Notes under the pieces: generated by a model
What the model was told of the DNA's origin: nothing
The model's database searches: none
The model's input: only the letters and a program-made list of their open reading frames with translations
Shown: piece by piece, positions 6,647-16,350 of the stretch
Position numbering within the stretch: the first letter of the stretch is position 1
How the letters are laid out: the number at the start of each line of letters is the position of its first letter
IMG/VR virus record: IMGVR_UViG_3300022177_000086
Location: 1-30,617 of that record
Source: a virus
Taxonomy: Duplodnaviria > Caudoviricetes
Length of the DNA stretch: 30,617 bases
Strand: one strand, 5' to 3'
Position numbers and translations under genes: made by a program

Positions 6647-9600
6647 TTACGATGTCGCGAGGAACCTCATGTTTTCCAACGCGACCAGGATCGCCTTGAC
6701 GGCCGTCTGCAAGCTCGTGGAGTCAGGATCCGGGTCCGCAATGTGCGGTTGTTGGTAGAGCCTGAGCTCGGTGCCGCCTTCAAGGCGAAAATGCGGGGCG
6801 GCGTTCCCGGCCGTTATGTCCTTTGAATACATCTGGAAGGCATCGGCCGGGGAACTGGTGGGGGCGGTCCCCGTGCCGATGGCGAGCACCTTGGCCGCAG
6901 ATGTGCCGAACGTGGTCCCGCCGATTCTGAGGTTGGCGTCCTTATCGAAAAGAAACAGGTTGACGATCGACTCATCCGTCAGGCGCTGCCGGATCGTGAA
7001 CTTTCCGTAAGGGGTATATCCGCCCAGCGTCAGAAAAGCCTCTCCGGGGACCGAAGCATGAGCGCGGCCGTACATGACCAGCGACGCGCCCTTCAGTCCG
7101 TCCTCTCCCGCGCAAATGCTGAGGTATGAGTCGTTGACGTAGGCCCCGATCCGCAGTGCGGACGTGACGATGTTCCCGACGGAATCAATCTCAAACACAC
7201 TATTGTATTCCGATGCGCCGCGCTGCCGGATGACGAGCTTGCCGGTCGAGGCATACCCGCCAAAGGTCAGGTACATATTTCCGGGGTAGCTCGCATGATC
7301 CCGGCCATATAAGGTGATTCCGGCCCCATTGGTTATGGCCGTGGCGCCGTGAACGTTGAGCAGGCTGTCGTCGGCATTCCGGGAGATGTTCACGCCGGTG
7401 ATCTGTCCGCCGGCGACGGGAAAGAAATCGGCAGCGTCCTTGCCGTCCACCTGGTCGGCGTTGAGCCCGATCACTCTATTTCCCTGCGCGTTCGATCCCA
7501 ATACGAATGGAGCCGTCGAACTCGCGGGATTGATGCTCACCACGCCTTCCACATCGAGAGGATAAACCGGCGACAACGTTCCGACGCCTAACCGTTCATG
7601 CAATTCATCATAGGCCGACGCCTCCCCGAGAATAATCTTTCCCTTTTGCGTGGCCGAAGTACTTCTCAAAGTCAATGAACCACCATCCACGCGGCTCCCC
7701 AAGATTGTCGCAGTGACCAAATTGCAGTTCTCGATACAACAATTCGCCCCTGCATCGTAGGTACTTTCCAAGAGGATTCTTGGCCGCTGCGTTACCCCTG
7801 TCGGGTAGCATTCAATGAGAGCTTGTGCCTTGGCGCCTGACTCTAAGGCATGGGGCACCACTACCGCCCAAGTGTTTGATTGAGTCCCTCCGTGAACCTT
7901 AGAATACATTTCGGCATAGGTCTTATCGGACTTGTGTCCAGCCGTCAGATATGCAACCTCGGTTACCCCGTCAGCGTTTATGAAGCTCAGGCAATATTGG
8001 ATACCCGGCGTCGATCCTTGTACCCATGTCCATGCCCTGATGCTCTCACCATTTTGATCCAGCACAACGGCCCCGCCCCCCGCATACGCCTTCCCGGTGC
8101 TGGCCAGGAGGTAGAATTGCCTGGTGGTTTCATCGGAGTAGCCGGCGATTTGTCCCTTGCTGATGACGATCCTGGGGTCGGGGGAGAGGCCCGTGCGGAA
8201 ATAGCCGCCGTCGGTGAGGGTGATCGCGCGCGCCCAGAGGCCGTCGAGGAAAAGATCCTGTTCGGTCACCAGGGTGGCGCCGTCTGATTTTTTGAGGTTG
8301 CCGAGAACGGTGGAGCCGTTGCCGAGGGTCGAGCCCAGAGTGGCCCCGGCTTCGGCCGGCTCCAGGGCGTCGACCGTGGTCCCGGTCTTATAGCGCAGAT
8401 CGGAGGCGATCTCGATGCCGTGGATGAGGATGGAGCGCGAGGCGGCATATTCGATATAGAGCTTGCGGTTTGCCGTGTCCACCGGCAGGAGCGCCACGGC
8501 GTAGCGGGTCTGGCGCTCAACCCCGAGGATCTGAAAGGAAGATCCGTCGGCCACCCCGGAAAAGAGCCATTCGGCCTTCCCGCCCTTTTGCCCGGCCACG
8601 CGGTACCAGACCTCGTAGTGCTTGAAGGCCGGATCGGCCGAGGGTTCAAAATCGATGTCGATCCCCTTCACCTGCCTGCCCCCGGGGCCGTCGACGCTGA
8701 TTTCGGTCAGCTTCACGCGCCTTGGCTGCATGGCCTTGAGGGCGAGCTGCGCGGCGCTCCCCGGGTTCGGGGCCGAATCCTCATACTGGTAGACCTCGGG
8801 GCGGTATTCGATAAGGGAGAGGGTGCATTTTTGCTCCATCGACTTCCTGATGGAAAGCACCCGGAAAGCGCGCGTGATCGTATCCACCTGCCCGAAGGCG
8901 TAGACGTCGAAGGAAGCCGGAATCGGATCGAAGGGAACCGAAACGGAAAGGGTTTCGTGCGTTCCGGGCTCACTGGTTACGATGCGCTCGGCAAGGGCGT
9001 CGTCCGAGAGCCGCACGATCACCTTGTAGGTGAGCCCGGCCTCGATGCTCACCGCCTTGTCCAGGGTCGTCCGGGAGGCTATGACCGTGGCCACGTCGAA
9101 GTTTTCGAGCACGTTGAGCTCTTCGGCGACGAAGTTCCCGGTCTGCTCGGCAAGAGTCAGCCTGCCGGCGGCCGTGCCGCCGGCCCAGGACCCGGACGTC
9201 GTCTCGACGGCCGCGACCCGCGCCGTGGCCCAGGAGGTTCCCCCGATGACGGTGTCGCCGGGCTTGATTTCATACGGGCCTCCGGAGGCGAAGGAAAGGA
9301 TCGGTGCGATCCTGCCCCCTTCGCCCCACTGGGGCACGTCGTGCTGGATGTGGACCACGTCTCCGATGTCCGCGTTCACGGCTTCGACGTCGAGATCGAG
9401 CTCCACGGTGCGGATCAAATACTTGTTGCACATGAGCCGGAACATGCCGGCACGCCACGCCTCGCTTCGCTTCGTCACCCCGAAGAGCTCGATTGCCGCC
9501 CGGTACCCCGTGGACCGGGCGATGTCGGGCCGGTAGACCGTGAGCTTGTCCCGCTCCCAGGTTTCGCCGTCGATGAAATCGACCTCGATTTCGGTTGCTC

Positions 9601-11698
9601 GCTCCTCGAGCCGCAGGAAGATTTCCCGGAATTTGGACTCCTCGATGTTACCCACCGTGTAGAGGTTCACGGGATCGGCGGGCTTATCGATTGCAACGGT
9701 CAGCTTCGAGCCGTTCCAGACGGGGATCGCTCGGCCCACCTGGCAGACCCTGGCCACGGCCTCCCACATGGACGTGTCGTAGTCGAAACCGCCGTTGAAG
9801 GTGATGCGCTTCTCAAGCCCTTCGTTGGTTATCGCCCAGTAGGCCGTGTCCGTGGGGAGGGGCGAAGGCACCGCGGTGGCCTGGATGCACTTGTAGATCC
9901 GGCCCGCGTAGCGCGCCCGGTCGTCCACGGCGTAAGCGATGGCCGTGCTGAAGGGCGATCCCGTGCCGTCGCTCACCTTCTCGTCGCAATACTGCGCCCA
10001 CTCGAAAAATTTCGGCGCATCGAGGCGCTCGGGGGGCAAACCGTCGTATCGAAGGACCGCGTAGGGATTGGCCTCCGTGCCGGCGCCCCCGATCACGGGC
10101 TGGCTCAGGATGTCGTAGGCGACCCAGGCCGGGTTGGTCGAGTATTCGATGCTCCAGCTCGATCCGTCATAGACCCGGACCACGGCCATCTCTCCGACGC
10201 ACGAGAAGCGAAGCGACCCCGAGAGCTGATCCGTTGCCCGGGCGCTCACGGCCACGAGCACGTGCCGGGGATATTCGAAGGGGTCGCACAGCACCTCGGC
10301 GACGCCTGCAAAATACATGTCCTGGCCGTACCGGTTCTGGGGCGTGGCCGTGGGCGTAACCCGCGTCACCCGCACCTGGTATTGCCCCTTTTGGCCGTCC
10401 GGCACCTTGTAGCGCATGGTCCAGTGCCTGGGCTTCTCGCTCTGGCCGAAGGCGTCGAAATAATCCTGCCAGACCTCGTAGGTATCGGTTGACGTAGCGA
10501 CGTACTCGCCGCCGTCGTCTCCGATCCAGTGCCAGTGAAGCTCGGTCTGGTCCGCGAAGACCTCCCCTTCGTAGTGGTCGTAGAACCCCGGCGTTCCGGC
10601 GAGGTTCTCAAACCAGACGTCCGCCCCTTCGTGGTCCGTCCAATCGGGATCGGCTCCCGGGTCCACCCATTTGCCCAGGGACCAGCGGGCCGTTGAGACG
10701 AACACCTTGTTGTAGCCGGCAACATCCGAGGGCTGCCGGGCAATGTGGTGCCACTCGGAGGTTCCGACCTTTCGCACCGCGACCTGGAACCGGACGGCGA
10801 AGCCTTCGAGGCCCGAGCTTTCGGGCGGGTAATGCCAGAGCCCTTCGGGAAAGGAGATATCGACTTCCAGGGCGTCGAAATCGTTTCCGACGGTCGTGTA
10901 GGTGTACGGGGAGCCCTGGACCACCTTGACCGAGGCGGGGTATTCGATTTTGGTTTTCTTGAAGTCGGCGATGGGTTCCTGGTTGAGGCGGCCGTAGCGG
11001 GCGCGCACGTGGACGGCCTTGAAGTGCTTGACCGCCTGGTCGTTTATGCGAAAATCCCCGAGGCTTTTCACCGGGCCGAGCCCCAGGCAGATGAGGGCGT
11101 TGAGAATCTGGGTCGAGTCGCGGTTTTCGATGTGGCTTGCGACGATGTTGCCGTAGATGCGGTTTTTGCCGTACCAGCGCGGGACCGGGACTCCCTGCTG
11201 CTCGGTGTTCTGGGGCGCCCAGTTGTAGGCCTGGCTGTCGAGGGCGGTATCGGCCTGTTTGGGGGCCTGGGGAGGAAGCAAAACGTTGATGAGGATGCCG
11301 CCCACGAGCATGGTTCCGAAGATGAGCCAGCCCGGCACGCCCATCGCCTGCATGATAAAGCCCGCGGCAACGAGAGCGATCTGCAGGATGAACCGGAGGA
11401 TGCCCTTGAATCCGTCGTCAAAGCCGAGCTCCGGGACGATGAGCACTTGCCTGCCGGGCATGGGATAAACCCGGGAGCGGTCCCCGGGGGCGATGTCCAC
11501 GCCGTCGAGAAAGACCTTGACCGGGAGACCTTCCGGCACATGGGCATCGACCACGCAGGCCAGAGTCATGCCCGGCTTCCATTCGATGAGATCGATGCGC
11601 CGCTCCGATCTCCGGAACGGGTGATCGACGCACACCAGCCGCAGGTGCCCGGGGGGAACGGGGGCCACCGTTTCAACAAGATCCTTTGAGTCGCTCAT
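6647..11698 (-). CDS. Tail tip / host-specificity protein (lambda gpI+gpJ-like, TipJ) with C-terminal fibre/receptor-binding extension
   Basis: 1683 aa. Ubiquitin-like gpI-type N-terminus, GVPVPRWYG, ICLGLGPV, YSTNPAWVAYDIL and IGDVVHIQH motifs typical of J-like tips. FN3-like domain and a Gly/Ser/Thr-rich C-terminus. Confidence 0.85.
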   Translation of the reverse strand: MSDSKDLVETVAPVPPGHLRLVCVDHPFRRSERRIDLIEWKPGMTLACVVDAHVPEGLPVKVFLDGVDIAPGDRSRVYPMPGRQVLIVPELGFDDGFKGILRFILQIALVAAGFIMQAMGVPGWLIFGTMLVGGILINVLLPPQAPKQADTALDSQAYNWAPQNTEQQGVPVPRWYGKNRIYGNIVASHIENRDSTQILNALICLGLGPVKSLGDFRINDQAVKHFKAVHVRARYGRLNQEPIADFKKTKIEYPASVKVVQGSPYTYTTVGNDFDALEVDISFPEGLWHYPPESSGLEGFAVRFQVAVRKVGTSEWHHIARQPSDVAGYNKVFVSTARWSLGKWVDPGADPDWTDHEGADVWFENLAGTPGFYDHYEGEVFADQTELHWHWIGDDGGEYVATSTDTYEVWQDYFDAFGQSEKPRHWTMRYKVPDGQKGQYQVRVTRVTPTATPQNRYGQDMYFAGVAEVLCDPFEYPRHVLVAVSARATDQLSGSLRFSCVGEMAVVRVYDGSSWSIEYSTNPAWVAYDILSQPVIGGAGTEANPYAVLRYDGLPPERLDAPKFFEWAQYCDEKVSDGTGSPFSTAIAYAVDDRARYAGRIYKCIQATAVPSPLPTDTAYWAITNEGLEKRITFNGGFDYDTSMWEAVARVCQVGRAIPVWNGSKLTVAIDKPADPVNLYTVGNIEESKFREIFLRLEERATEIEVDFIDGETWERDKLTVYRPDIARSTGYRAAIELFGVTKRSEAWRAGMFRLMCNKYLIRTVELDLDVEAVNADIGDVVHIQHDVPQWGEGGRIAPILSFASGGPYEIKPGDTVIGGTSWATARVAAVETTSGSWAGGTAAGRLTLAEQTGNFVAEELNVLENFDVATVIASRTTLDKAVSIEAGLTYKVIVRLSDDALAERIVTSEPGTHETLSVSVPFDPIPASFDVYAFGQVDTITRAFRVLSIRKSMEQKCTLSLIEYRPEVYQYEDSAPNPGSAAQLALKAMQPRRVKLTEISVDGPGGRQVKGIDIDFEPSADPAFKHYEVWYRVAGQKGGKAEWLFSGVADGSSFQILGVERQTRYAVALLPVDTANRKLYIEYAASRSILIHGIEIASDLRYKTGTTVDALEPAEAGATLGSTLGNGSTVLGNLKKSDGATLVTEQDLFLDGLWARAITLTDGGYFRTGLSPDPRIVISKGQIAGYSDETTRQFYLLASTGKAYAGGGAVVLDQNGESIRAWTWVQGSTPGIQYCLSFINADGVTEVAYLTAGHKSDKTYAEMYSKVHGGTQSNTWAVVVPHALESGAKAQALIECYPTGVTQRPRILLESTYDAGANCCIENCNLVTATILGSRVDGGSLTLRSTSATQKGKIILGEASAYDELHERLGVGTLSPVYPLDVEGVVSINPASSTAPFVLGSNAQGNRVIGLNADQVDGKDAADFFPVAGGQITGVNISRNADDSLLNVHGATAITNGAGITLYGRDHASYPGNMYLTFGGYASTGKLVIRQRGASEYNSVFEIDSVGNIVTSALRIGAYVNDSYLSICAGEDGLKGASLVMYGRAHASVPGEAFLTLGGYTPYGKFTIRQRLTDESIVNLFLFDKDANLRIGGTTFGTSAAKVLAIGTGTAPTSSPADAFQMYSKDITAGNAAPHFRLEGGTELRLYQQPHIADPDPDSTSLQTAVKAILVALENMRFLATS

Positions 11699-11710
11699 TT
11701 AATAAGTCCT

Positions 11711-11770
11711 GGCTTGGTTCTTTCTTTTTCTTTCCTCACGCCACGGCGCAACGGCGCTACGAAAGACGTC
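11711..11770 (-). repeat. Half copy of the octamer-armed palindromic element
   Basis: The reverse complement, GACGTCTTTCGTAGCGCCGTTGCGCCGTGGCGTGAG followed by a purine-rich tract ending in GAACCAAG, matches the left arm and loop of the units at 16351 and 26831. Confidence 0.8.
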
Positions 11771-11801
11771 CGATACGGATTTGCGTTCAAAATGATGCTC
11801 T

Positions 11802-11969
11802 AAGAGCGTGGGGGACGTGTCCCCCACACCCCCTCGCCGCTTCGCGGCTCCGTGTGGCGCTGCGGCTGCGGCCTTCGGCCAGTCGCCGACAGCGCCGAGC
11901 ACTCGGCCTCACGCGCTAGCGCGTGTGGCCGAAACCTGGGGGGTGCGGGGGAATCATTCCCCCGCTCTT
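11802..11969. mobile_element. REP/MITE-like multi-hairpin element with terminal inverted repeats
   Basis: Ends AAGAGCGtGGGGGA ... TCCCCCGCTCTT. Internal hairpins GTGGGGGAC-gt-GTCCCCCAC, GCCGC-ttc-GCGGC, GCCGAG-ca-CTCGGC, CACGCGC-ta-GCGCGTG and GCGGGGGAAT-c-ATTCCCCCGC. Confidence 0.6.
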
Positions 11970-12433
11970 TTGTGCTTGAAAGATCCATCTTGGCAGTTCC
12001 TTATTTCCCAGAACCCCGTGATCCGATGATGCCAGGATGGGGAATCGAGCCGTTCGACGGCCACGCGGCATCCGCGCATGATGTGGATGAACCGGAAGCG
12101 GTCGGCCAGGACCACGCCGATGTGCGACGTGAAGGGCGCGACGATCCGGAAGCTTACCAGGCAAAAGGGCTCCGGCGAGGCGAGCTCGACAAAGCAGACC
12201 GCGGCGGCCCGCGCGATTTCGAGGTGGCAGCTTCGAGCGTCGCGGCCGTGCGTGTAATCCTCCGGGATGGGGCGGCCGACGCGCCGGCGGATTTCTGCGG
12301 CCAGGCCGTAGCAGTCGTAGGCGTTCGGCCCGCGCCCGCCGAGCTCGAAGGGCTTGCCCAGAAGGTCGACGTAGGTGAGCGACCCGTGGGTCGCCGGAAT
12401 GCCGGATGGCAGGGTCCCGCACGGTCCTCGCAT
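11954..12433 (-). CDS. NlpC/P60-family tail assembly protein (gpK-like)
   Basis: GKPFELGGRGPNAYDCYGL (catalytic Cys) and HIGV...FIH motifs. Lies between the L-like and J-like genes. Start trimmed to the ATG overlapping the upstream stop. Confidence 0.8.
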   Translation of the reverse strand: MRGPCGTLPSGIPATHGSLTYVDLLGKPFELGGRGPNAYDCYGLAAEIRRRVGRPIPEDYTHGRDARSCHLEIARAAAVCFVELASPEPFCLVSFRIVAPFTSHIGVVLADRFRFIHIMRGCRVAVERLDSPSWHHRITGFWEIRNCQDGSFKHKRAGE

Positions 12434-13044
12434 CACGCCGCCCTCCATCCCTTTTCCGAGAGGCCCCGGTAGCCGCCGAACCGGCGCGTGTTGGACCGCT
12501 CCTCGCAGTTCTCGAAGCTCCGGTCGCAGTCGGTGAAGGCCCCGGAGTAGCCGCATTCATGGCCCTTGAATTCCCAGTGGCAGTGCTTTGCGATGAACCG
12601 GAACGGGGGAAATCTGCGCCTCAAGGGGTTGGGCGCGCCCAGGGTGAAGACGATCCACTCGGCGTCGGCCGAAGTCGAGACCACCGTGAAGGTCATGTCG
12701 AGCTCGGATGTGTCCTCGGAAAGGTACGCGGCGTTCACCACGCGGATGGTGACCGTCGCCCCGACGGCGCCGTCGAGCTGCTCCAGGTAGGCGTGGATCA
12801 CCTGCGTGACGTTTGCGACCTTGAGGGACACCGACGGGATCTCCCCCTTGCTGTTCTCCTCGGTGGCCTCCAGGAGGAACGGAAAGGCCGTGTAAACCCG
12901 GCCGCTCCAGGTGACGTCCTGGTTGTTGCTGCAAAAATAGAGCTTGTGCGTCGCGTCGAGCACGATGTCGAGGAGCACGATCCACGGGTTGGGCGTGGCC
13001 AGCTTGTTCTTTTCGCGAACCAGCACGGCGGGGATGGATTTCAC
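12433..13044 (-). CDS. Minor tail protein, lambda gpL-like (DUF1833-type)
   Basis: YTAFPF, LKVANV and the C-terminal Cys cluster CHWEFKGHECGYSG...CDRSFENC...RFGGYRG typical of gpL. GTG start at 13044 with a GGAAG RBS. Confidence 0.8.
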   Translation of the reverse strand: MKSIPAVLVREKNKLATPNPWIVLLDIVLDATHKLYFCSNNQDVTWSGRVYTAFPFLLEATEENSKGEIPSVSLKVANVTQVIHAYLEQLDGAVGATVTIRVVNAAYLSEDTSELDMTFTVVSTSADAEWIVFTLGAPNPLRRRFPPFRFIAKHCHWEFKGHECGYSGAFTDCDRSFENCEERSNTRRFGGYRGLSEKGWRAA

Positions 13045-13046
13045 GG

Positions 13047-13397
13047 CTACACTTCCTCCAGGGTCATTTCGACCTTCCACCAGGTTTTGTGCCACAGGGC
13101 CGTGTACTTGACCGGCTCGGCGAACCGCACCACCCGGATCGCGCCGTCGATGGGGTGGGTCCAGTTGAAGGAATCGGCCCCGACTTTGACCGTGTCCTCG
13201 AAGTCCGCTATGGCTGTCTTGTTGAAGAGGTGAAGCGGCGAGTAGACCACGGTGTATTTTTTCGGGATGCGCGTGGTGCGGGCGCGCGTCTTGGTGTAGC
13301 CGGCCTCGGATCGCGCCCGGATGGTGGGGTCGAAGGCTTTTTCCTCGGACCAGGAATCGATTGCGGGCGTTGTGTCAAACGTCGGGAAATCAGCCAT
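13047..13397 (-). CDS. Distal/minor tail protein, lambda gpM-like
   Basis: 116 aa directly after the tape measure gene. GYTKTRAR, SFNWTHP and VRF motifs, with a terminal LEEV. Confidence 0.75.
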   Translation of the reverse strand: MADFPTFDTTPAIDSWSEEKAFDPTIRARSEAGYTKTRARTTRIPKKYTVVYSPLHLFNKTAIADFEDTVKVGADSFNWTHPIDGAIRVVRFAEPVKYTALWHKTWWKVEMTLEEV

Positions 13398-16284
13398 TGC
13401 GGTTCCCCCTTATCATCTTCCAGACGTCTCCCCCGCGGCTGTAGTCGTCCAGGATCACGTCGACCACGTAGCGTTTGCCGTCAAAGGCGGCGCGGGTCTT
13501 GTCGGCCGTGACCGGCGTGTTCGTCTTGTTCTGGACGTTGACGACGACCTCCGGGGCACGGCTTGCGGCGCCGTAGTCGCGGGTTTCGCGGCGCGAGAGC
13601 ACGCGCTCGCCGCGCTGCAGGATGGCCGGGAACTCATCCGGGGCGAGCCCGTCGTGGAGGCGCGGGGCTGCGGCCAACAGCCACGCCGGGGCATTCCTGA
13701 TCGAAGACCCCGATCCTCCGGCGATCCCGCCCGCATGATGCTCGTAGAAATTCATGCTGCTGTCCCAGTAGCGGCCGCTTGCCGTCGTCATCCCGCCGCC
13801 CTTGAAAAGGTCCATGAGCCACCCGAGGATCCCGCCGCCTCCGGAGGCCGACCCGGCGGATCCCAGGATCATCTGCGTGAGCAGGGCCTGGTATTGCATG
13901 CGCAGGATGTCTCGCAGGATCGAATTGGAGAAGTTCTCGAAATCCATCTCCCCGGTCATGGTGAACTGGGCCAGGGCGTCGGCGGCGGATTCGATGCCGC
14001 GAACGAGCGTTTCGAAGGCGCTTTTGCCCATCTGGCCGATGGCGGGAATGGTTTTCCTGTATTTTTCCGCGGCGAGGAAGAAGTTGTCCCAAAAAGAGCC
14101 GGAGCGCTCGATTTCAAGCTCGCGCTCCATCGCGGCGTAATTGCGCTCGACGGCGGCGCGCAGGGCCGGGTCGGCCGCGAGGAGTTTGCGGTCCTTTTCG
14201 GCCCGGAGCAAGAGGATCTGGAGGGCGAGCTGCTCCTGGAGGGTTCCGGTCAGCTTGCCGTATTCGAGGTTCAGTTGGGCGAGATCCTCGGCGCGCTTGG
14301 CGTCGTCTTCGGCCTTCTTCACGTCCTTGGTGAGCTGCAGGTTGCGGTCGATCTTATCGCCGTATTCCTGGGCGGCTTTCTTTGCGGCATCCCATTTGCT
14401 TTTGAGCTCGGCAAGCTGCGCCCACGCCTCGGCGGTTCCGCCCCGGCCTCCGGAGAGTTTTTGCTCCATCTCCAGGTACGCCTGCTCGGTGTCGGCAACC
14501 TCCTTGGCGAAGGACTCCTTGCGCTTTGCGGCCTGGCGGTCCAGGCGCTCGGCTTCGGCGTCGTAGTAGCGGCCGGACTGTTCGAGTCGGGCGATCCGGT
14601 ACTCGGAGTCGAGGTCTTCGAGTTCGGAGTAGAGTTTTTGCATGCGCTCCGTGAACTGGAGCACGTCCTTGTCGATCTTGTCGATGTCGATGGGGGATGC
14701 GCCGGCGGCGCCGCCACGAGCCGTGGTTTTGCGGACGGCTTCGGCGCCATGGGCCTTGACGGCCAAATCATGTGCCTGGGCAAGTTTCGCCCTGTCCGGG
14801 GAGATGTAGGCTTCGATCTCGCCAGGCCCCATGCCCGCTTTTTTCATTTCGGTCCGCCATTTCTCGATTTCCGCGAGCCGTGACCGGTAGGATATCTCGA
14901 TGGCCGCGCGGCCCGGCTCCAGCCCGGTGGCGGCCGCCTTGAGCTTTTCCGTCGATTCGAGGATCCACTTGTCGAGGTCTGCCCCGATCTTTCCGCCATG
15001 TGCCTCGATTTCCTTGAACTGCCGATTGAGGCTCTTCAGTTGCTGTTCCAGGTAGGCCGCGTTGGAGGCTGCCTGGCCGGCGCTGTTGCTGAAATCGTTC
15101 AAACCGCTTCCCGCCTGGGCCGCCGGCCCCGCCGCGTTGGATGCCGCGGCGCCGAGTCGTGTGATCGCGGCTTCGGCGGCGTCGAACTGGGCAATGGCCT
15201 TGTCCTCGTCTTCCTTGATGCCGCGAAGAACGGCATAGAGTCCGTTCTTACCGTACAGCTCTTCGACCAGGCGTTCCTGTTCTCGAACGTTCTCCTTGGA
15301 GGGATGCCGTTTCCCAATGCGCTGCACCCATTCCAGTTCTTTTTCCGCGAAGGTGATCCTTAGCCCGGCCCAAATCGCCTGCAGGTTGTTGATGGTCGTA
15401 CGGAAAAGAAATGCCGCGTCGTTCATGTAGCGGAAACACTGGACCACCGTCAGTGCCATGTCCCTGGCCCATTCCTTGATTTTCCCCTCGTCTTTCAGCC
15501 GCTTGATTTCCTCGTAGAATGCCGTGACGCCGGCCTTCATGACGAGGAAGAGGCCTTCGGAGTCCATGACCTCCTTTTGGAAGAGCGTCCAGGAATCGCT
15601 CAGGTTGGACATCAAGCCCTTCCAGCTCGACGCCTGCCTCTCCATGCCGCCGGCAAAACGGCTGAATATCTGTTCGAGTGCGGCGGAAACGGACTCTTGG
15701 GTCTTGTTTGCGACAACCACCATGTCTTTCCCGGCAGCGGAGTAGTGGAACGCCACCCGCTCTCCCTCCTGGGCGGCGCGCACCCCGAATTCTTTCATGC
15801 GCTCGTATTCCCCCGTTATGGCGTCGACGTACATCTCCACGGCCTGCATGAGGGTCTTGCCCATCGCGCCGGCGGTGTCCCCCAGCATCCGCAGACTCTT
15901 GACGGGGTCCAATCCGACGGCGGCGAGCCGGATGAAAGCCTCCGCGACTTGGTTGAGCTCATAGGGCGTTCTTGCCGTGAAATCGGTAATCCAGCCCATG
16001 GCCTCTTTCGCTTTCTCGGAGGAACCCATGAGCGTGGTGAGGGACAACTCCACCTGCTCGAACCGGGCGGCCGTATCGATGAAGCCCTTGAACATCCCAG
16101 CCGCCCCCATGGCTGCAATAGCCGCAGTCACGAGCGTCATCGTGCGGCCCAGAGATTGAAAGGACCGATTCACATACTGCGCGCCGTCCGCCAGCTTTCG
16201 AATTTCACCGTCGGTCTGGCGAATGCCGGTGACGGCCCCCCGGTTGTCCGCCGTGATGACGATCTGGACCCTGTTTTCCGCCAT
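13390..16284 (-). CDS. Tail tape measure protein
   Basis: 964 aa from MAENRVQIVITAD (ATG 16284). Ala-rich and helical, with the tape-measure domain FTARTPYELNQV and C-terminal HAGG...LAPDEFPAILQRGERVL. The annotated upstream 44 codons lie in intergenic and repeat-array sequence. Confidence 0.9.
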   Translation of the reverse strand: MAENRVQIVITADNRGAVTGIRQTDGEIRKLADGAQYVNRSFQSLGRTMTLVTAAIAAMGAAGMFKGFIDTAARFEQVELSLTTLMGSSEKAKEAMGWITDFTARTPYELNQVAEAFIRLAAVGLDPVKSLRMLGDTAGAMGKTLMQAVEMYVDAITGEYERMKEFGVRAAQEGERVAFHYSAAGKDMVVVANKTQESVSAALEQIFSRFAGGMERQASSWKGLMSNLSDSWTLFQKEVMDSEGLFLVMKAGVTAFYEEIKRLKDEGKIKEWARDMALTVVQCFRYMNDAAFLFRTTINNLQAIWAGLRITFAEKELEWVQRIGKRHPSKENVREQERLVEELYGKNGLYAVLRGIKEDEDKAIAQFDAAEAAITRLGAAASNAAGPAAQAGSGLNDFSNSAGQAASNAAYLEQQLKSLNRQFKEIEAHGGKIGADLDKWILESTEKLKAAATGLEPGRAAIEISYRSRLAEIEKWRTEMKKAGMGPGEIEAYISPDRAKLAQAHDLAVKAHGAEAVRKTTARGGAAGASPIDIDKIDKDVLQFTERMQKLYSELEDLDSEYRIARLEQSGRYYDAEAERLDRQAAKRKESFAKEVADTEQAYLEMEQKLSGGRGGTAEAWAQLAELKSKWDAAKKAAQEYGDKIDRNLQLTKDVKKAEDDAKRAEDLAQLNLEYGKLTGTLQEQLALQILLLRAEKDRKLLAADPALRAAVERNYAAMERELEIERSGSFWDNFFLAAEKYRKTIPAIGQMGKSAFETLVRGIESAADALAQFTMTGEMDFENFSNSILRDILRMQYQALLTQMILGSAGSASGGGGILGWLMDLFKGGGMTTASGRYWDSSMNFYEHHAGGIAGGSGSSIRNAPAWLLAAAPRLHDGLAPDEFPAILQRGERVLSRRETRDYGAASRAPEVVVNVQNKTNTPVTADKTRAAFDGKRYVVDVILDDYSRGGDVWKMIRGNRNG

Positions 16285-16350
16285 GGGAGATTCTTCCCTC
16301 CAGGCAGGGCTGAGGCCTGGCCCTGCATCCCAAATGACCCGTTCAAAGCC

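Noticed and set aside
6647-7400. Diversity-generating retroelement or invertible tail-fibre cassette
   Set aside because: No reverse transcriptase or invertase in the window. The duplicated segments are diverged at all positions, not only at adenines.
8420-10492. Long plus-strand ORFs (690 aa here; also 10745..11689, 13321..14883, 15577..16617, 25563..26525, 27450..28715)
   Set aside because: Antisense shadows of high-GC phage genes, with no motifs or RBS.
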